A stretch of DNA of 64,000 nucleotides from an uncultured virus (IMG/VR IMGVR_UViG_3300021399_000162) (taxonomy: Duplodnaviria > Heunggongvirae > Uroviricota > Caudoviricetes), in IMG/VR virus record IMGVR_UViG_3300021399_000162. The stretch is one strand, 5' to 3'. This document shows, piece by piece, positions 30,839-38,143 of this stretch. Below the pieces are notes generated by a model. It saw only the letters and a program-made list of their open reading frames with translations. It was not told the DNA's origin and made no database searches. Position numbers and translations under genes: made by a program. Positions within the stretch are counted from its first letter, which is position 1. The number at the start of each line of letters is the position of its first letter.

Positions 30839-31081
30839 ATGAATGAAAGAGCTATTCAGCTTGTACTGAACTACGTTGCTGAACATCTTGACAAATCCGA
30901 TCCGGAGCCGGACTTTGATGTTTTTATTGTCTGGAAGTGCAAGGTGCTGCAGAACTGGAAGTATCTGATCAGCACAACTCTGTTTGATGGGATGTATTAC
31001 GAACTGACCTTCAACGGAGACAAGAAGGAATGGTATCTCGACGCCTATAAGAAGTTCGAGAACAAGATTATTCCTGATTAA
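30839..31081 (+). CDS. DUF6275-like phage protein
   Basis: VFIVW.CK.LQNWK.LIST...DGMYYELT.NGDK.E.YLDAYKKFEN; family name recalled, not searched. Confidence 0.6.
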   Translation: MNERAIQLVLNYVAEHLDKSDPEPDFDVFIVWKCKVLQNWKYLISTTLFDGMYYELTFNGDKKEWYLDAYKKFENKIIPD

Positions 31082-31159
31082 ATAACATTTTAATGGAGGT
31101 GGTGTTATGCAGGAAGCGATTGATGCGTTTAACCGTATGAATTCCGTTCCTCAGTAACT

Positions 31160-31257
31160 GTATCTGTGGCGAAATAGGTAGACGCTTGCCGTAGGCTCTG
31201 GAAAGAATTGGACGGCTAACGCAGAGCTATGTTGGGTGCAAATCCTAACCAGATATT
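31160..31257 (+). ncRNA. tRNA-like element without a canonical anticodon arm
   Basis: Acceptor GTATCTG/CAGATAT, Leu-like D arm GCGAAATAGGTAGACGC, T arm GTTGGG-TGCAAAT-CCTAAC; atypical 45-nt middle; no CCA. Confidence 0.6.
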
Positions 31258-31284
31258 GTTTCATAAATTAACACATCACACTCG

Positions 31285-31377
31285 ATTAAAACCCCACTCA
31301 GAGATATTTTGGTGCCTATATGGACTGGCACGATGCATAACCGCACAAATAGCGGGATCTCTGAGTGGGGTTTTAAT
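31285..31377. repeat. 21-bp perfect inverted repeat enclosing two small hairpins
   Basis: ATTAAAACCCCACTCAGAGAT / ATCTCTGAGTGGGGTTTTAAT; inner GTGCC/GGCAC and CCGC/GCGG. Confidence 0.85.
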
Positions 31378-31474
31378 ATACTTCAAAATGGAAGGACTGA
31401 TTCCATTGCAGAGGTAAAGCTTTATTCGGTTTCCCCTGGTATCCAAAATACTACGTGAAGGAGTCTAATAGACT

Positions 31475-32293
31475 ATGTACGAAAATGGAAACATGTCTCC
31501 TGCTGATATGGCAGCAGTCGTTGGCAACAACAATGATGGTTTCGGTTTTGGCGGCAATGGTGCTTGGTGGATCTTCATTCTTTTCTTGTTCGCCATGAAT
31601 AATGGCTGGGGAAATGGCTTCGGTGGTAACGGTGCAGGTGCCGGTATGCAGCGTGGATTTGATCAGCAGGCTGTCATGAGTGGTATTGGTGATATCTCCG
31701 GTGCAATCGGTAACGGCTTTGCTAACGTCCAGACTGCCCTCTGCAATGGTTTCGCTGGCGTGAATGCCGGTATGGCAAATGGCTTTGCACAGGCAGAGAT
31801 TGCAAACAACGGTCGCCAAATGGCGAACATGAATCAGCTCTTTGGCATCCAGACTGGTCTTGGAAATCAGCTTAATTCTATTTCTATGGGTCTCCAGAAT
31901 TACTGTTGCGAGAACCGTGCAGCTACGGCCGACCTGAAGTACACGGTTGCTACTGAGTCTGCTGAAACTCGTAACAATTGCAATGCCAATAACCAGAAGA
32001 TCCTGGATAAGCTCTGCCAGATGGAAATGGATACCATGCGTCAGAACTATGAAGGTCAGCTTCGTACAATGCAGACCCAGTTGGATGCCGCTCGCACAGA
32101 GATTCAGGGCCTTAAGGATAGTGTTGCTCGCACAGCTGATCGTGCCGCTATCATTGCCAATAATGAAGCTCAGACGAATGCTCTCGAGCGTTACCTCGCT
32201 CCCAATCCGATTCCTGCCTATCCTGTGCAGAACCCGAATTGCTGCCCGAATCAGGGATATGGTTGGGGTGGCTGTTGGGGCAGGGCAGCCTAA
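31475..32293 (+). CDS. Gly/Asn-rich membrane-anchored coiled-coil protein of unknown function
   Basis: GFGGNGAWWIFILFLF hydrophobic segment, GFA repeats, CCENR motif, heptad coiled coil, Cys/Gly tail. Confidence 0.75.
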   Translation: MYENGNMSPADMAAVVGNNNDGFGFGGNGAWWIFILFLFAMNNGWGNGFGGNGAGAGMQRGFDQQAVMSGIGDISGAIGNGFANVQTALCNGFAGVNAGMANGFAQAEIANNGRQMANMNQLFGIQTGLGNQLNSISMGLQNYCCENRAATADLKYTVATESAETRNNCNANNQKILDKLCQMEMDTMRQNYEGQLRTMQTQLDAARTEIQGLKDSVARTADRAAIIANNEAQTNALERYLAPNPIPAYPVQNPNCCPNQGYGWGGCWGRAA

Positions 32294-32319
32294 GTTGGGA
32301 TCGAAGGAGTTGATGTACT

Positions 32320-32763
32320 ATGACCCAGTTCGGTTATGTTGAGGCTCAGACCCTGCAGAATGGTCAGGCCGCAATCCTTCAAAATGTACGCCCCTGCACA
32401 TCGTGTCCTCAGCTTGTACTTCATGAGAACCTTACTCCCAACATCAATCTTCGTGGCATTACCCGTACACCCTGCTCCGAAGCACTGTACCGGGTCAGCT
32501 TCAGTACGAACATTGCCGTTCCTGAGGGAGGCACTGCTGGCGAGATCCAGGTAGCCTTCTTTGTAGATGGTGCTGTTCGTCCGCTGACTATCGCGGCAGC
32601 AACTCCTGCAGCTGCTGGCGAGTTTTGGCATGTGAGCGGTGAAGACGTTATCGGTGTGCCTATGGGATGCTGCCCGGTTGTGTACGTGGCCAATGCTTCA
32701 GCTACAGCAGACACTCCGGTTGTCTTGCGCAATCTGCAGGTGTTTGTTGATAAAGTTGGATAA
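32320..32763 (+). CDS. Beta-sandwich hypothetical protein (possibly BclA-CTD/C1q-like)
   Basis: QTL..GQ...L, LRG, YRVSF..NIAVP.GGT.GEI pattern. Confidence 0.55.
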   Translation: MTQFGYVEAQTLQNGQAAILQNVRPCTSCPQLVLHENLTPNINLRGITRTPCSEALYRVSFSTNIAVPEGGTAGEIQVAFFVDGAVRPLTIAAATPAAAGEFWHVSGEDVIGVPMGCCPVVYVANASATADTPVVLRNLQVFVDKVG

Positions 32764-32778
32764 AGGAGGAACGGTCTT

Positions 32779-33105
32779 ATGCATAAATACGACAAGATGA
32801 TGGACAAGTTCGAGCAGGAGCTTGATGCCATCCAGACCAAGATTTCATCCGGAGCTGAGATTACGGATAAGGATCTTGATCGGGCTGACAAGCTCTCTCA
32901 TACACTTAAGAGCCTTATTTGCTATTGCGAGAAGAAGGAAGACATGGAGATCATGGCCGATCCTGGTGTGAGCGGTCGTAGAGGTCGTGCGGCTAATGGT
33001 CAGTATATTAGCCGTGATATGAGCTATGATGATGGTATGTCGGGCCGGTATCCCTACAGAGGGTATCCCCCTGACTATGGAAACGGAATGCCTCCTAGGT
33101 GGTGA
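32779..33105 (+). CDS. Hypothetical protein
   Basis: Helical N-terminus (DKL.HTLK); SGRRGR..NGQYISR, Y/G/R-rich tail; RBS AAGGAGG. Confidence 0.7.
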   Translation: MHKYDKMMDKFEQELDAIQTKISSGAEITDKDLDRADKLSHTLKSLICYCEKKEDMEIMADPGVSGRRGRAANGQYISRDMSYDDGMSGRYPYRGYPPDYGNGMPPRW

Positions 33106-33110
33106 TATTG

Positions 33111-33353
33111 ATGCCTACTATCGACCAGGATATTCGGGCAATGCGGCAATCGGTTTTTGGGCGTGAGATCCGAAGTGCTATTGTTGATGCCATTACACAA
33201 CTTGACGATCGTGTAACAGCTCATGAAAACGATCAGATCGATCTTCAGCTCAAAATCGTAAATGGCCGTTTAATTTACAGCAGAACCGGAAAAGTTGACA
33301 CTAATGTCGATTTCTCGCTTCGCAACGGTCATTTGATGCTTGAGACTTTGTAG
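33111..33353 (+). CDS. Short paralog of the fibre-module genes
   Basis: N-terminus resembles the 26719 ORF; C-terminus resembles the end of the 27198 ORF. Confidence 0.6.
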   Translation: MPTIDQDIRAMRQSVFGREIRSAIVDAITQLDDRVTAHENDQIDLQLKIVNGRLIYSRTGKVDTNVDFSLRNGHLMLETL

Positions 33354-33366
33354 GTGGTGATTGTCG

Positions 33367-33507
33367 ATGCCTACCATTGAACAGGATCTTCAAATCATTC
33401 ATCAAGGTATATTCAATGAAGAAGTAAGAGAAGCTATCGCAGATGCTATTGGTCAACTGTACACCAGGATTGAGGCTCTCAAACAGTCGTCGACTCAAGG
33501 CCAGTAA
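33367..33507 (+). CDS. 46-aa third paralog (MPTIEQDLQIIHQGIFNEEVREAIADAI...)
   Basis: Manual translation; same GGTGGTGAT leader as the 33111 ORF. Confidence 0.55.
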   Translation: MPTIEQDLQIIHQGIFNEEVREAIADAIGQLYTRIEALKQSSTQGQ

Positions 33508-33561
33508 CTTCTGACATATTCCAAACAAGATTATATATTTCATGTGAGGAGACCATACACT

Positions 33562-33723
33562 ATGACAGAAGTTCCACAGCTACGAATCGTACGGTTTGAT
33601 CTGTACTGCAAGAAATGCGAGCATTTCAAGCTTGAAGATTGGGAAGATCCTTGTGATGAATGTCTGAGTCATCCTGGAAATGAAGATAGCAGACAGCCAA
33701 TTTTCTTCAAACCTAAGGATTAA
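33562..33723 (+). CDS. 53-aa Cys-rich (CxxC...CxxC) protein
   Basis: YCKKCEH...PCDECL; RBS GAGGAG. Confidence 0.6.
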   Translation: MTEVPQLRIVRFDLYCKKCEHFKLEDWEDPCDECLSHPGNEDSRQPIFFKPKD

Positions 33724-33730
33724 ATTCAGT

Positions 33731-33767
33731 GAGGAGGGCGTGCTTTATGCATTCCCTCTTCGTTTTT
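33731..33767 (+). terminator. Terminator closing the structural region
   Basis: GAGGAGGGCGTGC-ttta-TGCATTCCCTCTTC followed by GTTTTT. Confidence 0.6.
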
Positions 33768-33840
33768 GACTTTAACCTAGGATAAAAGTCCTAATCTAGG
33801 TTAAAAATTCTGCATTCGCGAAATTTTCCATTGGTATTAT

Positions 33841-34172
33841 GAAAGGAAGCAAGTGACAGAAACATTGCTGGCATGATGCCAGTCTTCTGTACAGAGGTAT
33901 GCAGCTCCTGTACAGCCTTTTAAAGGATTAGTGGGCATGTAACGAAGCTCGTCGACAGCGAGTGGAAGGTGAGGCCGACTACGACCCGTATCATGAGACG
34001 GAGTAGTTGAGGAAAAACAATAATCGGAAAACACGAAATCCAATTGCAAAGTAAATCGTCATCGATACTAAGGTGTGTAAATCGTGGTACTGTGAGTGTA
34101 TAGATGAAGCACTTAATTTACCTTAGAGGCGTAGACATACGCTGGCTTATGTTTATTAGACCTCGGATTTAC
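33841..34172 (+). ncRNA. Putative multi-domain structured ncRNA (unit 1)
   Basis: Starts at a promoter motif and ends in a T-tract; no RBS-led ORF; many helices; its 5' domain is paralogous to 34214-34293. Confidence 0.65.
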
Positions 34173-34213
34173 TTTTCTTTTTTTCTTTTCGCGAATTTTT
34201 CTAATAGTATTAT

Positions 34214-34293
34214 GGAAGGAAGTAAGTGACACGAATGTTGTTGGTGAAACGCCAACCTTCTGTGTGGATTTCGTTGGTCCCACACAGCCTTCC
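34214..34293 (+). ncRNA. Second copy of the ~80-nt structured RNA domain
   Basis: Aligns with 33841-33921, with compensatory changes in three helices. Confidence 0.7.
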
Positions 34294-34296
34294 AAA

Positions 34297-34395
34297 GCTT
34301 TGAATGTGGTACAAGTGGTAGAACAGCATACGGCGAACGCAGTGAAAAGTCGATCGCTATGGAAGATTAGGGTTCGAATCCCTACGTTCAAAGCA
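34297..34395 (+). ncRNA. tRNA-like element with enlarged anticodon-arm region
   Basis: GCTTTGAATG/CGTTCAAAGC closing stem, D-loop AAGTGGTAG, T arm TAGGG-TTCGAAT-CCCTA. Confidence 0.65.
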
Positions 34396-34466
34396 AAGAA
34401 TATTCTTTTTTTCGTCCGCGAAATAATCTATGTGTATTATGAAATACATAAAAAGGAGGTATCCTC

Positions 34467-34763
34467 ATGGATATCATCGGCAAGAAGATTAACACTGGTT
34501 TTGCGGTCTTGGAGACCAAAAGAGTGGTAAGTACCGTAAACGGGCAAGAAGTGAAAAAGATTAAAGCGATCTTCACTACGCGTGAAGCGGCAAAACTCTA
34601 TATGAGAGATTTGCTGGATTCACAGTATGACGATCCGCTGGAATACAATCGCTACCTGCTCGATCACGGGAACATCATCAGGCGGGAATACCTTGACCCC
34701 GAAACCGATGAAGTGACCGAAGTAACCGAATGGAACATCGAGGAATGCGGACTGATTCTGTAA
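34467..34763 (+). CDS. Hypothetical protein (promoter cassette)
   Basis: Promoter 34417, RBS AAGGAGGT, hairpin/T-tract at about 34771-34816. Confidence 0.7.
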   Translation: MDIIGKKINTGFAVLETKRVVSTVNGQEVKKIKAIFTTREAAKLYMRDLLDSQYDDPLEYNRYLLDHGNIIRREYLDPETDEVTEVTEWNIEECGLIL

Positions 34764-34830
34764 TGAAAGCGGAGGGTCATCTCTTAACGGAGATGGCTCT
34801 TCTCTTTTTATTTTTTAAGGAGGTAATACC

Positions 34831-35541
34831 ATGGCTGAAAAAACTCGTTACTACTGTGCTGCGACACAGAACTACCAGTGTACCAAAGAAGGATGCTTCC
34901 TCAATGGTGGACCTTGCTGTTGTACGATCAACAAACGAAATGCACTTGTTACAGTCGACAAAACCGACAAACACAACTACAAGATGGTACCTGCAGTTGC
35001 TAATGACAAAGTTGCGGATGCCATCGCAGAACTCAGTGAATCTATTCCTGCTCCGGTAATGCGTAGACTGTGGAAACAATTTGGCTTGGAGGGAATTTAT
35101 ATGAATGCACGTGTTATTTCAGAAAAAGATTTCATTACAACTATTGCCGGTCCTGGTGCTTATGAAGTGTACTATCGTGGGTCTACCACTCTTGAAGAAT
35201 ACGCATCGGATCATCATATTCGCTATACGGATGCTTCAAAGCTATCTCGTCTAGCCTGCAACGCGCATGACATTTACATAAAATATTGCCGTCTGCCTCT
35301 TCAAGCCGGAATCACCGGTATTCTGATCCACTACTATGGTGCAAAGATGGATGCACCTCATCACCTGAGCGCACGAGTGATTGGCGTACTCGAACGCAAT
35401 TTTTATACCTTGGACCAGCTCCTGAACGCTACTGAGGATGACATCATGGGTCTTATCAACATTGGCAAGTCCACTCTTCCCTATGCCCTCAAATTGCAGG
35501 AGACCATCCGAGAGGTAGTTAAGAAAGGAAACTACGTATGA
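34831..35541 (+). CDS. Cys-rich N-terminus plus C-terminal RNA polymerase alpha-CTD-like (HhH) domain
   Basis: LSARVIGVLERNFYTLDQLLNATEDDIMGLINIGKSTL resembles the alpha-CTD pattern LSVR..NCL....I....L....E..L....NLG.KS. Confidence 0.55.
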   Translation: MAEKTRYYCAATQNYQCTKEGCFLNGGPCCCTINKRNALVTVDKTDKHNYKMVPAVANDKVADAIAELSESIPAPVMRRLWKQFGLEGIYMNARVISEKDFITTIAGPGAYEVYYRGSTTLEEYASDHHIRYTDASKLSRLACNAHDIYIKYCRLPLQAGITGILIHYYGAKMDAPHHLSARVIGVLERNFYTLDQLLNATEDDIMGLINIGKSTLPYALKLQETIREVVKKGNYV

Positions 35542-35822
35542 ACCAAGAGCAGAGGCGCAAGTTGTATGAAAAGGGATTCAAAGATGGTGTTGACTCCCTT
35601 AATAAGTTTATGATCGAGGCTCTTTATGGTGCTGCAGCTCTTGCAGGCCATAGAGAGTTTGGTTTTGATGCTGATCAGTGTATTACCTTGCTCAATTCCA
35701 TGAACCAGATAGTAACTGAGCATTTCACCTCGGCTGATATTATTCAGGAAGCCTGGGATGAAATTGGCTTGCATGTGGTTATGAATGATGGAATCGAACC
35801 CTTCCAGAAGAACGAAGAGTAG
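35538..35822 (+). CDS. Hypothetical protein
   Basis: 94 aa; ATGA-coupled to the upstream gene. Confidence 0.6.
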   Translation: MNQEQRRKLYEKGFKDGVDSLNKFMIEALYGAAALAGHREFGFDADQCITLLNSMNQIVTEHFTSADIIQEAWDEIGLHVVMNDGIEPFQKNEE

Positions 35823-35861
35823 CGCGATATTTTCAGGCTCCTCTTTGAAGGAGGGATTGAC

Positions 35862-36860
35862 ATGATCCAAAGCAATTCTTACAATGGTAACCGCCTCGAC
35901 AGCAGGATTCCTACCAACTTGGAGGAATTCGGAATGAACGCACAAACTAATCTGGTAGACTTTATTGATACTTGGTTGACGGTGTTCAAGTCAAAGACGG
36001 TTAAATCTGCTTCTTTCGAGAGATTGAAGCAGAGTCGTAATTCCCTTGTGCCCTACCCTATCGCAAAGATGGCTATTGGTGAGATTGGATTCTTCGATGT
36101 ACAGCTGTACGTGAACAGTCTTGTTGAGGCTGGGTATAGTATGAGCAGTTTGAAGAAACAGCTATTGATAGTCACCGCCCCACTTAAACAGGCAGCGGCT
36201 ATGAAGATCATTAACTGTGATCCGAGTGTTGGCGTACAGCTTCCCATTGCGGATGCAGTACAGAAAAAGGCTCGGGAGGTCAATGCCTACACCAAGCCTG
36301 AACAGAAAGCATTGGCGGATCTTGTCTCTGCCAATAAGGAGAATACTGGATATATTGCGGCTCTCTTTATGCTTGAGACAGGAATTCGTAGCGGTGAGCT
36401 TCTGGCGCTTAAATGGTCTGACGTAGATATTTCACAGTGCAAGCTCAGGATTCATGCGACGATTGTGAATCCGATGAGCAACAAGAAGAGTGCCTACCAG
36501 GATTCGCCAAAGAGTGCAAGCAGCAAACGTACGATCCCACTTACACCCAAAGCTTTGACGCTTCTCAAGATATTGCAGCTCAGACGTAAAACCGAGTGGG
36601 TCTTTGAGCAGGACGGTAAACGGTACACGTATAAGAAGCTGATGTACCAGACCAAGAAGCTTTGTAGCGAGAGTGGAGTTCCGTATTATGGTGAGCACGC
36701 ATTCAGGCACACCTTCGCGACGAATTGCTACTACAAGGGAATTGACGTTAAAATCCTGAGTAAGTTGCTTGGCCATAGTTCAGTCCAGGTCACCTACAAT
36801 ACTTACATTCACTTGTATGGTGATGGGTTTGACACTATGTATGCAGCACTTTGCTTCTGA
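35862..36860 (+). CDS. int: Tyrosine integrase
   Basis: TGIRSGELLALKWSDVD, PKS..S.RTIPL, HAFRHTFAT, LLGHSS...T...Y.H catalytic residues. Confidence 0.93.
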   Translation: MIQSNSYNGNRLDSRIPTNLEEFGMNAQTNLVDFIDTWLTVFKSKTVKSASFERLKQSRNSLVPYPIAKMAIGEIGFFDVQLYVNSLVEAGYSMSSLKKQLLIVTAPLKQAAAMKIINCDPSVGVQLPIADAVQKKAREVNAYTKPEQKALADLVSANKENTGYIAALFMLETGIRSGELLALKWSDVDISQCKLRIHATIVNPMSNKKSAYQDSPKSASSKRTIPLTPKALTLLKILQLRRKTEWVFEQDGKRYTYKKLMYQTKKLCSESGVPYYGEHAFRHTFATNCYYKGIDVKILSKLLGHSSVQVTYNTYIHLYGDGFDTMYAALCF

Positions 36861-36898
36861 ACGCGAATTGTGCACCTCATATTATGGAGGTGAGTCGT

Positions 36899-37057
36899 AT
36901 GACCAATAAGGAACAGCTTAAGCGTCTTGAGAAGGAATTGGACAAGGAACTCAAAAAGAAAGATGGATTCTTTAGGAAGGGATTTGATTTCATTTTGAGT
37001 GAGAAGTTCGAACGGATGATGACGCAAGATTGTCCCAAAGTAGAGCGCAAAGACTGA
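36899..37057 (+). CDS. Small basic hypothetical protein
   Basis: Promoter 36862 directly followed by RBS GGAGGTG. Confidence 0.55.
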   Translation: MTNKEQLKRLEKELDKELKKKDGFFRKGFDFILSEKFERMMTQDCPKVERKD

Positions 37058-37108
37058 CATCAAAAAAAGAAGGGCATTTGCTCTTCTTTCTTGCCAAAGG
37101 AGGATATT

Positions 37109-37396
37109 ATGAGCACAGAACGCTGTGAATGGTGTAACAATCCAGAGCATGTTATCACACTTTACGAGATACGTGAAGATGCGGTCATCAGCGAACCAAG
37201 ACGAGTTTGTTATAAGCATCTGAATCCAGGCGTCGATCCATGTCCATACAAAATATATTCATATGTTCCCGAGCTCGAAAAGAATTCCGAAAAAGTAAAA
37301 ACGGTATATCGTATTTGGAAAACTGGAGACGATCTTAAAGAATCTTTAACAAAACGATGCAATTGGTTCAAGATAAATTCGTCAAATCCTGAGTAA
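37109..37396 (+). CDS. Hypothetical Cys-containing protein
   Basis: CEWC...CYKH; RBS AAGGAGG. Confidence 0.55.
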   Translation: MSTERCEWCNNPEHVITLYEIREDAVISEPRRVCYKHLNPGVDPCPYKIYSYVPELEKNSEKVKTVYRIWKTGDDLKESLTKRCNWFKINSSNPE

Positions 37397-37403
37397 AGGT
37401 CCT

Positions 37404-37446
37404 AAAATAAAAATCTGCGCTCTTGCTTGCCCGCAAACGCAGATCT
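37404..37446 (-). terminator. Terminator downstream of the attP tRNA half
   Basis: Minus strand AGATCTGCG...CGCAGATTT followed by TATTTT. Confidence 0.55.
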
Positions 37447-37456
37447 CTCAATGCTT

Positions 37457-37506
37457 TGGAGGTGCCACCCAGATTTGAACTGGGGAATAAAGGTTTTGCA
37501 GACCAC
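37457..37506 (-). other. attP core: 3' part of a tRNA-Cys(GCA) gene
   Basis: Minus strand reads GTGGTCTGCAAAACCTTTATTCCCCAGTTCAAATCTGGGTGGCACCTCCA (anticodon arm, T arm, CCA; no D arm), about 600 bp from int. Confidence 0.85.
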
Positions 37507-37588
37507 TAACAAACTGGATCCTGTTGTCGAGACTTCCGCGAAAAAAGTACCTCCTATTATGAAACCTATGAAAAGGAGGAACAAGGAG

Positions 37589-37660
37589 ATGCTTGGAGTT
37601 GCTGGCGTATTGTTAGTAGCGGCCGGAATGTTCTTGGTTGCAAAATGGATCAAAGGTTGA
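37589..37660 (+). CDS. 23-aa hydrophobic peptide MLGVAGVLLVAAGMFLVAKWIKG
   Basis: Has its own promoter (37537), AGGAGG RBS and downstream hairpin. Confidence 0.55.
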   Translation: MLGVAGVLLVAAGMFLVAKWIKG

Positions 37661-37729
37661 CGAGAAATGAGTCTATGCTTAACGGCGTAGGCTCTTTTCT
37701 TTTTGCGCATTTTTAAAGGAGGTTAAAGT

Positions 37730-38143
37730 ATGCGCTCATCACTTTCTACAAAGAACTTGTTTTATTTGGATAGGTTCCGTTTCAACGAGCTGCGGAATTT
37801 CTGCAGACAGTATCCATCTTGGGTTATCGCCATGTCGGAGATCGATTCTTTGCCCAAACATTATTTGCGCCCATACGGCAAGTCAGCATTCTATGCAGAT
37901 GCGGTTCCTGTATGCGTCGCTGCTCGCGAAGAATATTGGAAGAAGGTCGACATGGTATCCACCGCTGTTGCTAAGGCTGTGGATAACGACACGGATCTGT
38001 ACCAGCGAATGCTCAGCGCTGTAACTGAAGGGCTCTCATATGATGTTCTCGAGCGTCGTCATGGTGCTATGCCTGTTTCTAGAGCTGAGTGGTATCAGCT
38101 CTACAGGAAGTTCTTCTGGATCCTGGATAAAATTCGTAACTAA
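37730..38143 (+). CDS. Hypothetical protein, possibly a transcriptional regulator
   Basis: RFNELRNFCRQYP...VTEGLSY..L...YRKFFW.L; RBS AAGGAGG. Confidence 0.55.
   Translation: MRSSLSTKNLFYLDRFRFNELRNFCRQYPSWVIAMSEIDSLPKHYLRPYGKSAFYADAVPVCVAAREEYWKKVDMVSTAVAKAVDNDTDLYQRMLSAVTEGLSYDVLERRHGAMPVSRAEWYQLYRKFFWILDKIRN

Noticed and set aside
33841..34293. Known self-cleaving ribozyme (hammerhead, hairpin, twister, HDV-like)
   Set aside because: Core consensus sequences such as CUGANGA/GAAA are not shared by both copies; a novel class cannot be excluded by eye.
37457..37506. Functional tRNA-Cys gene
   Set aside because: The 5' acceptor strand and D arm are missing; it is better explained as attP.
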